Shown piece after piece: positions 52,616 to 62,514 of a stretch of DNA of 64,000 nucleotides. Within the stretch, counting starts at the first letter, position 1; every line of letters begins with the position of its first letter. This DNA is from Nitrospirota bacterium. Lineage in GTDB: Bacteria; Nitrospirota; UBA9217. Where the stretch lies: contig CAVUHW010000020.1 in the NCBI GenBank assembly GCA_963741205.1, forward strand, positions 160,001 through 224,000, read 5' to 3'. The position numbers and the translations under genes are program-made. Below the pieces are notes generated by a model. The model was not told the DNA's origin, searched no databases, and was given only the letters and a program-made list of their open reading frames with translations.

Positions 52616-52840
52616 ATGAAAGTGAAGGTCAAACTGTTCGCGTCCCTCCGGACCCTGGGCCCTGATGAGCAGGTGCTCGACCTGCCCGCCGGGACGACAA
52701 TCGATGATGTCGTTCATATCCTCAAGATACCCGTGACCATAAGACTCCTAAGGATCGTGAACGGCGAGCACTGGCCCGGGGATCATGCCCTGAAGGATGG
52801 TGACGATCTCGCTCTCTTCCCTCCCATAGCAGGCGGCTGA
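52616..52840 (+). CDS. MoaD/ThiS sulfur carrier protein
   Basis: VKLFA.L...FPPIAGG C-terminus. Confidence 0.92.
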   Translation: MKVKVKLFASLRTLGPDEQVLDLPAGTTIDDVVHILKIPVTIRLLRIVNGEHWPGDHALKDGDDLALFPPIAGG

Positions 52841-52849
52841 CTTCAGCTT

Positions 52850-53482
52850 TCAGGTCTTGACCGGACCGGCGGCTACGGTAAAAAATATCTGGTTCTTTCC
52901 TGCCAACAATCTGCTTCCTTCCATCATCCCCACTTCGATAGACTCATTGTCGAGCGTAAAGCTGCAGCCCCGCCGGAACTCCTCTGCCCGCTCTGCCAGA
53001 AGATCAGCAAGATCAGGAGATCTGACGAGAACTCCCTGCCGCAACAGTCCCGGCCCCAGTTCGGCCATCATCAGATTGAAGAGCTTTATGGTTACCCAGC
53101 CCTCACCAGGCTTGCACGCTTCACCGGTCTCATGATAGGTGATCACACTGCGGAGCGAGGAGTATGCACCACCCCGCCTAAGCGTTGCGCCAACCAGACC
53201 GGGCAAGGCTGCAGAGAGCGCGAGGACCGAACCGTCGTGTATCATAGCCGAACCGATGTCATCGACCGGTTTACCGTCCAGCATGATGGACTGGATCTTC
53301 TCGATCGTCGCAGGACCTACCCCGAGCTGTTCCTGCAGGAACGCCGCGACCGTGCAGCCTACCCGGCGTCGGATCTTCACCCCCTGCTGAAGCAGCAAGA
53401 AGAACCGCTCTATGAGCGGTCCTTCCACGACGATCGCACATTGGGCGAAAGACAGGTTCTCTGCCGGACTTTTATCGTTCAT
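52850..53482 (-). CDS. Hypothetical protein downstream of aor with possible beta-grasp-like segment
   Basis: LLQQGV...IMLDGKPVDD...DGSVLALSAALPGLVG; GAGG RBS before the ATG at 53482. Confidence 0.7.
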   Translation of the reverse strand: MNDKSPAENLSFAQCAIVVEGPLIERFFLLLQQGVKIRRRVGCTVAAFLQEQLGVGPATIEKIQSIMLDGKPVDDIGSAMIHDGSVLALSAALPGLVGATLRRGGAYSSLRSVITYHETGEACKPGEGWVTIKLFNLMMAELGPGLLRQGVLVRSPDLADLLAERAEEFRRGCSFTLDNESIEVGMMEGSRLLAGKNQIFFTVAAGPVKT

Positions 53483-53513
53483 GCCATCCTCGCCGCCATG
53501 CCGGGCGCACCAT

Positions 53514-53543
53514 AAAAAAGGAGAGACCTTTGTCTCTCCTTTC
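53514..53543 (-). terminator. Rho-independent terminator after aor
   Basis: aaggagagac...gtctctcctt hairpin plus T run on the minus strand. Confidence 0.75.
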
Positions 53544-53563
53544 ATTTGCCATCTCTGCTTCCG

Positions 53564-55301
53564 CTACCAGTTGAAGACCTTGTCCAGGTCCTCGTCCTTG
53601 ACGCCGAAGGTGACGTTGTGCGGGGCGAACTTCTCCGTCTTGAAGAAGTCCGGCAGCCGGTCGTGCTGGGGCGTGAAGCCCGCCCGCGCATTGAAGTCCC
53701 GCTCCATCTTGAGGACCTTCTTTCCGAGGTCGGTCACGCCGTCGGCTGTCAGGTTCAGCCCGTAGAAGGAATTCAGAAGATCGAGAAGGGCCTGGAACGT
53801 ATCAGGCTGATCGAGTATGGCAAAAGCAATGAAAAGGCACATTCCGGTGGAATCAATCGCCGCGGTCGCGATCTGGAGGTTCCGCGAAAGTTCCACCTGC
53901 CCTTCGGGCTTGAGCGCGTTCACATCGCCGCCCACCTTCAGCACGTTCTGGGCCACCGCGTAGCCTGCGGTATGGTCCGCTCCCATGGGGCTCGTTGCAT
54001 AGGTAACGCCGATCCCCTGGACAGCACGGGGATCATAGGCCGGCATCGCCTGGCCTTTGACCACCGGCACCCGCTCGACGCCGAAGACCTTGCCGGTGAC
54101 GGCTGCGCCGCTGCCGAGGATCCTGCCGAGGTACGTGCCCTTGCCGACCTCGTGTATGAAATTGATCGCCGCGTCCGCGTCGCCGAACTTGGCAAGACCT
54201 GCCTCCATGGCGACCGCGATCGTCGCTCCCAGCTCGATCGTATCGACGCCGTAGGTGTCATCCAGAAAATCCATCATGGCGATCTTGTCCATGTCGCTGA
54301 TGCCGCAGTTACCGCCATGCGCCCAGACGGTCTCGTACTCGGGCTGCTTGGTGAGATAATGGCCATCCTTGTCATTGAAGGTGCCGGAACACTGGATGAC
54401 GCAGCCGCGGTGGCAGCCATGGGTCGGGTTCGCCCCGCGCTGTTTCTCTGTTTCCGCCAGCGTTTCGCCGCTGATCTTGGATGCGCCGTCGAAGCGGCCC
54501 TGCTTGAAGTTGTAGGTGGGATAGCCGCCGACCTCGTTCAGGATGTTGGTCAGCACGTTCGTGCCGAAGGCCGGAAGGCCTTGGCCGGTGACCGGATGTT
54601 TCTTCAGGCCTTCGACGAACCGCTTGTTGGCGTCCTGGAACTTTGCCGGGTCCTTGGGCGGCCGCACCGGCATGCCGGTGGCATCGAGAACGATGACCTT
54701 GATGTTCTTGGCGCCCATGACCGCACCCAAGCCCCCGCGTCCGGCGTGGCGGGTCGGCCGAAGCTCCATATCGGTGAACGCGACGGTGGCGGAAGCCATC
54801 TTCATCTCTCCGGCAGGTCCGATCGAGATGCAGCACATCTTGTCGCCGTACTCCTTCTTCATCTTTTCGACCAGATCGTAGTTCGTCAGCATCTTGAGGC
54901 TGTTGTCCTTCGTGATCTTGACCCCATCCTTGTTGATAAACACCTTGTACAGGTCGTCGCTCGTCGGTTTCCCTTCGAGCACGATGGCGCCGTAGCCGAG
55001 CTTTGCAATGACCTGGGAAGCCTGTCCCCCGGAGTTCGCCTCCTTGATGCCCCCGGTAAGCGGGCTCTTGCCGCCCACGGAGATCCGGCCCGACTGAGCG
55101 CCCGCGGTCCCGCTCAGAAGTCCCGGAGCTATCACAAGCTTGTTCTCCGCGCCCAACGGATGGCAGAGGGGCGGCACTTCCTTCGAGACAATCGCCGAGG
55201 TCATGGCCCTGCCCCCGAACCCCGCGTACTCTCCGATCGGCGTCTTCTCTGGCCGTCGGACCTCCTTCTGCTCCCACATTAATGCGCAAAATCTTGTCCA
55301 T
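53564..55301 (-). CDS. aor: Tungsten-type aldehyde:ferredoxin oxidoreductase (frameshift near 55260)
   Basis: MDKILRIN, KSPLTG..KE.N.GG, GRGG.GAVMG.K, C..GC.I.C, EYET, DD.YG.D.I. Confidence 0.95.
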
Positions 55302-55535
55302 GGTTGCCTCCCTCAAACTGAAATTAAGATCGTAAATCCCCCCGGTCTATGATTAATGAGCATGAGCATCATGACTTTTTTACATAGATATCATCATAGC
55401 ACAGAATGTATGGTTGTCAATCGATACATCGCCAACGCCTCTGAAAAACGGCATGTATCTCTTCGCCAATCATATTCAGATGGAAGTTGCAAAGCGAACT
55501 CCATCATCACGATCCTGCGCCACGCCGCAGCAGGC

Positions 55536-55569
55536 AAAAAAAACCCGCTCCGGCATGCCGGGGCGGGTT
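55536..55569 (-). terminator. Rho-independent terminator after the ADH gene
   Basis: aacccgc...gcgggtt hairpin plus T run on the minus strand. Confidence 0.8.
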
Positions 55570-55593
55570 AGCTGTCGCTCGCTGTATCCTTAT

Positions 55594-56762
55594 CTACGCC
55601 GCAGCCTTGTAGATGTTGATCACATCCTCAAGCGACGGGCACCGGGGGTTTGTCAAACCGCAGGCGTCCTTCTGGGCGTTCTCGGCCATGGTCCTGAGGT
55701 CCTTTTCCTTCACTCCCAGCTCGGATAGGCCGGAAGGGATGCCGATGTCCTTTGACAAGGTCTTAATGGCCTCGATCGCCTTTTCCGCCGCGGCCCGGGC
55801 CGACAGGCCTTCCACCTTCTCCCCCATGGCCTTTGCGATGTCCACAAAGCGGTCCATCTTGGCGATCATATTGAAGCGCTCCACATGCGGCAGCAGGATG
55901 GCGTTGCACACCCCATGGGGAAGGTCGTAGAACCCGCCGAGCTGGTGCGCCATGGCATGCACGTGGCCGAGGCTCGCGTTATTGAAGGCCATGCCGGCAA
56001 GGTATTCGGCGTAGGCCATGTTGTCGCGGGCGATCATGTCGCCGCCGTTCGCCACGGCCGCGCGCAGGTTCTGCGAGACCAGTTCGATGGCCTTGAGCGC
56101 GCAGGCGTCGGTCACGGGCGTTGCAATGGTCGATACATAGGCCTCCACCGCGTGGGTCAGGGCGTCCATGCCCGTGGATGCCGTCAGTGCCGGAGGCATG
56201 CCCGCCATCAGCAGCGGGTCGTTGATGGCGATCGTGGGCGTCACCCTCCAGTCTACGATGGCCATCTTCACCTTCCGGCTCGTATCGGTGATGATGCAGA
56301 ACCGGGTCAGTTCGCTCCCCGTTCCCGCCGTGGTGTTGACGGCGATAAAGGGAGGCATGGGTTTCGTGGACTTGTCGACGCCCTCGTAGTCCTTGATACT
56401 GCCGCCGTTTGAAACCACGAGGCCGATCCCTTTGCCGCAGTCGTGGGGGCTGCCCCCGCCGAGCGTGATGATCATGTCACAGCCGTTCTTCTTGATATAC
56501 CTCCACCCCGTCATGGACGTTCTTGTCCGTGGGGTTCGGGACTGTCTCGTCGAAGATCACCGGCTCCAGGCCGGCGTCCTTGCGCACCAGGTCGGCGATC
56601 TTCTGGGTCAGAGCCTGTCTTCGTGATCCCCTTGTCCGTAACGATGAGGGGTTTCTTCGCCCCGAGCGTCTTGATCCTGCCTCCCAGTTCCTTATGCGCG
56701 CCAATCCCCATCAGGGTAACCGTGGGGATGTAAAATCCATACACTTGTTCTCTGATTGCCAT
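55594..56762 (-). CDS. Iron-containing alcohol dehydrogenase (DhaT/YiaY-like), frameshifted
   Basis: [35 protein letters not shown]...HG..NA. Confidence 0.95.
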
Positions 56763-56942
56763 ATCCTTCACCTCCTACCCTATTTTTCACAATCACTACT
56801 ACGTCCCTACAGAAGAAAAACAATAAATGATCCTCTCATTCCTCTTAATTCAAAGCTTAGGGGGTCACCCGAGGTTTGTCAACGTCAACCAAAGTAGGAA
56901 CATTAGGAGAAACCAACCTTCCGCTCCGCCTCCGACGAATAG

Positions 56943-59153
56943 TTATTTCTTGACCCCGATCTTTACCGTCGCATCGCTGCTTGGCCTTTTCTGAATCATG
57001 ATTCCCATGCCGTTATCCGTTTCAGCGAATGCCTGACCGCTGCCTTGAAAGGAGTGTTCGCCGGGTCCGTGAGGGTCTATCAAGATGCCGACGCTGCCGC
57101 TTGTAGCTGCGCCCTGGACCAGGGTCCCCCCCTGATAAATATTTTCCCCTCCCTCATCATCGAAAAAGCCGACTCCGAAATCATGCCCCATGCCCTGCCC
57201 TACGCCAAAGGATGAATAGTAGAAATCATTTCCTTTCCGGTCGATGAAGACCCCGACAGAAGAATGGATCCCCGCGCCTTGGGCATAACGTCCGGAAAGG
57301 TATTGGTCGTCGCCGGCCCTGTCGTCCAGAATGCCTAATCCATAGTAATAGGACGAACCCTGGGCAAAATAGTCTGCGATATAGGTGTCGTTTCCTTCTA
57401 TATCAAGAAGCATACCGACGCCTCCCGGCGCTGCGTTGATATTTTTCTCCGATCTCACGCCCTGTCCGAACCCCTGGCCGAAGCTCTGCGTGGACTTCAA
57501 CGGATCGCGGAAGTCCGGTTCTCTGCCCCCCAACTGGTAAAAATCGTTTCCCGCCTCATCGATCAGGATGCCCGCTCCGCCGAAAAGTCCGAGGCCCTGA
57601 CCGCCATAGGAGCAGAGATATTTGCTGTTTCCTTTTCGGTTTATCATGAGCCCGATGCCCATCTGTCCCGTGCCCTGGGAAAACCGGCTCGTGCTGAACA
57701 CGCCATCGCCGTCGCCGTGATACAGAAGGCCCATTCCAAAAAACCCCGCTCCCTGGCTTCCCCCTGATGATAGGAACGTATCCTTCCCGCCGAGATCAAG
57801 GAGAAAGCCGCCGCCCAATACTCCGGCGCCTTGCGAGAGGCTCTCCCTGCCGAGGTAGCGGTCGTTACCTCCCCAGTCGATCACGAGTGCAACGGGCATG
57901 CCGGGTCGGGTCCCTCCCGCATTATTGAGATAAAGATCATCCCCGCCGAGATCAAGGATCAGCGCCGCGTCCTCCGTGTACACATTGGAACCAGTGTTGC
58001 CCACGATCACCTTGCCGATGGGCGTCACTTCTTCATAGAGCAGAGGTCCTTTGTTCGCCGCGAAACGTCTGACGAGGTCATCCTTTAAGAGCTCCAGGTT
58101 GTTCCGGGTAAGAAAGGACAGAAGCGGAGAAAATGCCGTGAAAAGCTTCGCTCGGTCAACCTTCATCGATATTTCCAGAATTCTGTTCCACTCGCTGTCG
58201 TCGGCCGGATCGTTCGCGGACTTTCGCAAGAGATTCTGTTCTTCCGGGGTAAGATTGCCGAGCGCTTCTTCAACATTCTTTTTCGTTTCTGTCATGACCT
58301 GAAGCAATGCGGGAAACGTGATCACGGAAGGCTGCGGCGCAGAAGAAAGCTCGATATCCAACAACGAAGCGGTCCTCCGCATAACCTCCCCCGCGTTCCA
58401 ATTACGTTCCTCAAGAGGGGCAAAGATGCGCTCAGACAGCTCTTTTGCGACTTCGCCTGCCGCCTGCGGATGCCGCATCAGATAGGTCACTTCATCAAGC
58501 TGGAGAGGGTGAAACATTATTTCAAAAGCCGATCCGGGGTTGTGCACCACGTTGGACTTCCGATACAGCTCGTTCAAAATCGTATCGAAGAGAGGAAGCG
58601 CATTTTGAGCAGCCAATGCATTCTGAAGAGTCGAAGCCCGGTCCGGGCACTGTTCGAGTTCAGGGTGACTTGCTTCGGGTTGATTGTGGAGGGGCATCTC
58701 TTCCATTACAACGCTCAGGGAAAACTTTTCGTCTTTGCGCAGAATGTCCAGGGTGGCCCGGGAGCCGATCTTTTGACGCTCGACCATTTTTTTGAAGGAC
58801 AAGATGATATTTCCTTCGTCGACACAGGTAGGCTTGCCGTTTAGGGACAGGATAACATCATTCTCCCGCAGTCCTGCTTTTGCCGCGGGCGATCCGTTCA
58901 TGACCCCGCCGACCTTGATAAAGATGTTGTCCTTGCATGTAAGATCGGTTTGCTCCACTTTCTGGGAAGCCAAATAGGAACCAAGGTAGGTTCTCGGCTC
59001 GAGGGGGGGGAACGATTTTGAAGGCATCGAGACTAAATCGCAATAAGAGAGATGACTTATCGATGGAGCCGCTGCTGATGGCGGGAATTGATGTCCGGCG
59101 CAGGACAAGAGACAAAGGACAAGAAGAATATTGAGAACAGTAACTCTCGACAT
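56943..59153 (-). CDS. PDZ-domain lipoprotein with Gly/Asp-rich repeats
   Basis: LLSC lipobox, GSPA.KAGL..ND.I PDZ, repeated hhD..G.D.Y...QG.G..G.G units. Confidence 0.8.
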   Translation of the reverse strand: MSRVTVLNILLVLCLLSCAGHQFPPSAAAPSISHLSYCDLVSMPSKSFPPLEPRTYLGSYLASQKVEQTDLTCKDNIFIKVGGVMNGSPAAKAGLRENDVILSLNGKPTCVDEGNIILSFKKMVERQKIGSRATLDILRKDEKFSLSVVMEEMPLHNQPEASHPELEQCPDRASTLQNALAAQNALPLFDTILNELYRKSNVVHNPGSAFEIMFHPLQLDEVTYLMRHPQAAGEVAKELSERIFAPLEERNWNAGEVMRRTASLLDIELSSAPQPSVITFPALLQVMTETKKNVEEALGNLTPEEQNLLRKSANDPADDSEWNRILEISMKVDRAKLFTAFSPLLSFLTRNNLELLKDDLVRRFAANKGPLLYEEVTPIGKVIVGNTGSNVYTEDAALILDLGGDDLYLNNAGGTRPGMPVALVIDWGGNDRYLGRESLSQGAGVLGGGFLLDLGGKDTFLSSGGSQGAGFFGMGLLYHGDGDGVFSTSRFSQGTGQMGIGLMINRKGNSKYLCSYGGQGLGLFGGAGILIDEAGNDFYQLGGREPDFRDPLKSTQSFGQGFGQGVRSEKNINAAPGGVGMLLDIEGNDTYIADYFAQGSSYYYGLGILDDRAGDDQYLSGRYAQGAGIHSSVGVFIDRKGNDFYYSSFGVGQGMGHDFGVGFFDDEGGENIYQGGTLVQGAATSGSVGILIDPHGPGEHSFQGSGQAFAETDNGMGIMIQKRPSSDATVKIGVKK

Positions 59154-59202
59154 GGTTGTGTATGACTCATGGGACGAAACAAGCGCAGCATCTTAGCCAA
59201 GC

Positions 59203-59670
59203 CTAAAGGCCCTCCCCCTTTTTGCCGGAACCAACCGCCTTGATACTTTTCTCGAAGCGCCCGATCTTTACGAAGAGTAGAAGGCTCAATAGGAAAAGTA
59301 TGAGCCCGATACTCCCTATTGTCAAGGGTCCCATCCAAAGTTGCTTGAAGCTTCCGACCCGGGCATTTACGGGATTCCGGGGGTCAAAAAGGACATCAAC
59401 CGCTTGTCCAACGTCGTACTCGGGAGCGCCTCCTGCCCCGGTGGAGGCGCGGAAGCGCACCGTTACGCTGGTTGCGGTCGAAAATTCAACGATCGGAAAA
59501 TACATAACCTCGGATGTTTTACCGGCCTTCTCCAAGAATTCCTCGACGACAATACCCCGGGTCGGTACGTTGTCCCGGATGATCGGATAACTTTCGAGGC
59601 CCCAGATGGTACCGGCGACGAGGGCAGCCAGACCGATCGTTCCAAAAATAAAGAGTACGGCCCATCTCAC
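59203..59670 (-). CDS. DUF3592-like membrane protein
   Basis: Two TMs flanking G.VV...Y.P.V.F...Y.VG..V.V.FDP.NP..A. Confidence 0.8.
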   Translation of the reverse strand: MRWAVLFIFGTIGLAALVAGTIWGLESYPIIRDNVPTRGIVVEEFLEKAGKTSEVMYFPIVEFSTATSVTVRFRASTGAGGAPEYDVGQAVDVLFDPRNPVNARVGSFKQLWMGPLTIGSIGLILFLLSLLLFVKIGRFEKSIKAVGSGKKGEGL

Positions 59671-59868
59671 GGATTCATTCTCCCTTTCGCGAACAAGGCT
59701 GCGGCTAAATAACCTGACAAGCAGAAGGATACCGGAATCTCATGCTCACACTATGAATATTACAATGGAATGCGTTAAATGGCAATGAGGTACAATCAAG
59801 ACATGATTGTGAGATCCCGCGTCGTGGAAATGCAGCCCGAGGAAGGACATGTTATCTTCCTGGTAAGC

Positions 59869-59900
59869 GAAAAGCCCGCTCAAGGTGCGAGCGGGCTTTC
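59869..59900. terminator. Terminator hairpin downstream of the bactofilin gene
   Basis: aaagcccgctc...gagcgggcttt. Confidence 0.7.
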
Positions 59901-59947
59901 GTTTGGAAAAAGGTAAAGCGCGGAGCATAACAGTGCCTGAGCTGCTG

Positions 59948-60526
59948 CTAAGAATGGAAGAAACCTTTCTTCGGATCCTCTTTTTTTTGTTGTTCGGGTT
60001 TTCGTTCCGGCCCGGCAATCCGTTCCGGTTCGGCACGAGTGACCTTGCCTTCCAATTTCGCTCCCTTTTGAATGCAGAGCGTCTCCTTGTACAAAATCTC
60101 CCCCCTGCCTCGCGCGGCGGCCCCGAGCTCCACCTCGTTGCTCTCAAGGTTGCCTGTGAACTCGCCATTGATGTGGATCTTGTCTTTTGCTTTAATCTTT
60201 CCGCCCAGAAACTTGCCGGTTACATTCACGTACCCTCCGGCGCTGATATTTCCTCCACTCATTTCGCCTTCGATCTCGACGCTGCCGCCCTTGGCATCGA
60301 TGTTCCCCTTGCAAGTGCCTTTGATGAAGATGCTTGCATTGTTTTCGGCAGTGATATTCCCCTCGAGGTCGCCGTTCATCTGCAGGTCCTGGCTGATGAC
60401 CATGTTGCCGGTAACCTTGTTTCCCTTGCATATCATGTTAATTCCCGGCTCGGCGGGTTTAACTGCACTCGCCACGGTATTCTTCTCCGCTACCTTGATC
60501 TCGATCATCTCTTCCTGTTTTATCAT
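59948..60526 (-). CDS. Bactofilin (polymer-forming cytoskeletal protein) with extended beta-helix
   Basis: Repeated I.G...G.I beta-helix units; ends L.I..GA...G.V. Confidence 0.85.
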   Translation of the reverse strand: MIKQEEMIEIKVAEKNTVASAVKPAEPGINMICKGNKVTGNMVISQDLQMNGDLEGNITAENNASIFIKGTCKGNIDAKGGSVEIEGEMSGGNISAGGYVNVTGKFLGGKIKAKDKIHINGEFTGNLESNEVELGAAARGRGEILYKETLCIQKGAKLEGKVTRAEPERIAGPERKPEQQKKEDPKKGFFHS

Positions 60527-60724
60527 CTTTTATCCTCCGATATCCGTATTCGACCAAACGGCTGGTTCCGTCGCCATATCATGCAAGCCTACGCTATACA
60601 AAAATCCTGTCTGTTCATTCAGGGTTACGTGATGGGAGTATATCGTTATCAAAGAGAGGAGACAATCAGCCTAAAGAAGGAATTTCAAAACGGGGTCTAG
60701 GACTTTTGTCCTAGATGCTTTGAA

Positions 60725-62347
60725 TGAAGTCCGCGCATTCCCCCTGCTAGGGGCGAAGCGTCAGGAGGGGGTCAAGCGGACTGTTTTGGATGTGGATTGG
60801 TGCGTTGTCTGTGCTACGAAACGATATGCAATCTTATAATATAGTACCGATGGCTGCAGCGTATTATTGAGTTGCACTATCAGGATTCATCACCTATATT
60901 AGAAATATGGCGGTTTTAAGCGGCATAAAATTCCGTTGCTACCCGACAACGGAGCAGTCCGATATTCTCGCGCAGTGGATGGGCTGCCAGCGGTTTATCT
61001 ACAACGCCAAGGTTGCCGAGGAGCGTTATTTCCGACATTCCGGAATCATTCGCTGTCGCTGACCGGACTACAGCCGCCGATTGATCAGCAATACGCCCAG
61101 TTCAAGGACAAGGAACTCACTCCGTTTCTTACGATGTGCCGTCACAGATCCTAAGGAATGGCGCGACCAAGTTCATGGGCTCCTGCAAGAGTTACCTGAC
61201 AGGTTTGGCTGGTCGTCCTGTTTATAAAAAGAAGGCGGGACGGCAGTCCGTCTGGATTACCAGCGAGCTATTCAGGTTCGTTCCTACTGGAGGCTCAAAA
61301 CAGCGGCAGACCAAAACAATATATGAGCACCGGCTGATGCTTGGCACAAAGTCGGTCGATCTGGGCGAACTTAGTTCAAGGCTCATGATGAGTACGAGGT
61401 TCCGGCGGCTATCACCATTACCCGGGAGTCCGGGAAATGGTATGTCTCGTTCTCCTATGAGAAGCAAGGCACAGTTATGAGCGAGCAGGAACTTCTCGAG
61501 CTTTACGGCGGCATGTCATCAGAGAGTCTCAATACCGTACCCTGGGAATGGACCGAGGGGTTGTAATCCCGCTGGCAACGAGCGACGGTTAGTGCATGAC
61601 TTCCCGGCATCCAAAAAGAGCGACTGGCAAAAAAGGATGCCCGGAAGAAGAGATATCAGAGACAATTGGCGAGGCGGATCAAAGGATCCGGCCGCTTTAA
61701 GCAATCAGCAGCGAATCAGCCCGGTGCCAGGCTATGCTGCCAATGTGAGGCATGATTTCGCGCATAAGGCCAGCCGCAAGCTCGTGGATTCACCCGCGGA
61801 GGTGTTCGTCTTCGAGGACCTCAAGGTCAAGAACATGACCAGAGCGCCAAAACCTAGAAGTCAGCCGGCGGACGTATATTCCGAACGGGGCAAAGGCCAA
61901 GGCCGGTCTCAACAAGTCCATACTCGAATCAGCGTGGGGCAAGGTAAAACTCTTTACGACGTACAAAGCCTCGCGACGCAACAAGCTCGTTATCGCCATA
62001 CCGCCGCACGGCACCTCACAGGAGTGTTCGAAGTGTTCGCACACTCACCCGGACAACCGTCAGTCACAGGCGGTGTTCGATTGCCAGAGCTGTGGCTTTA
62101 CGGAAAACGCCGATACCAATGCGTCTCTCGTTATCAAGAAGCGCGGCATAAAAATGCTCGTATCTGGCGAAATTACCGTAAAGCATCAGGAAACGCGCCA
62201 TGCGGTTAAGGAAGAAGGAAACACTAGGCCGGGAACCGGCCGAAGTTACGCACGGGGAGAGCAGATAAGCACGCCTTGGGAACTACCAGGGACGATGCTT
62301 CATGATCCGTGAACCCCAGACAGTAATTGGTTCAGTGGGGGTATTAT
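60725..62347 (+). mobile_element. IS200/IS605-family tnpB-only element, copy 2
   Basis: Highly similar to copy 1 without the IS110; preceded by TGAA; right end is degraded, so the end coordinate is approximate. Confidence 0.9.
60907..62330 (+). pseudogene. tnpB: tnpB with many small deletions (decay or sequencing error)
   Basis: Fragments in several frames match copy 1 TnpB. Confidence 0.85.
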
Positions 62348-62514
62348 AGGCTAGGGTCTGTGTACGGTTTTTTCACGCAGAATTTCCGGAGGTGTTCAAA
62401 GAGTGTGATTCAGAAATTACATTTCAACCACGGTGTCATAAAATGAGTGCTACCGACGGTCCGATTCCGACCCCAGTCATTGACGATGCCTTAAACTGCC
62501 CCGGTCGCTCACGT

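Noticed and set aside
53546-55282. Long plus-strand ORFs antisense to aor (likewise 31625-33001 and 43900-45399)
   Set aside because: Shadow ORFs of GC-rich genes with no recognisable motifs.
61123-61136. One-base loss at the IS110 core site in tnpB copy 2 as an excision scar
   Set aside because: Copy 2 has many similar small deletions, so this cannot be distinguished from error or decay.
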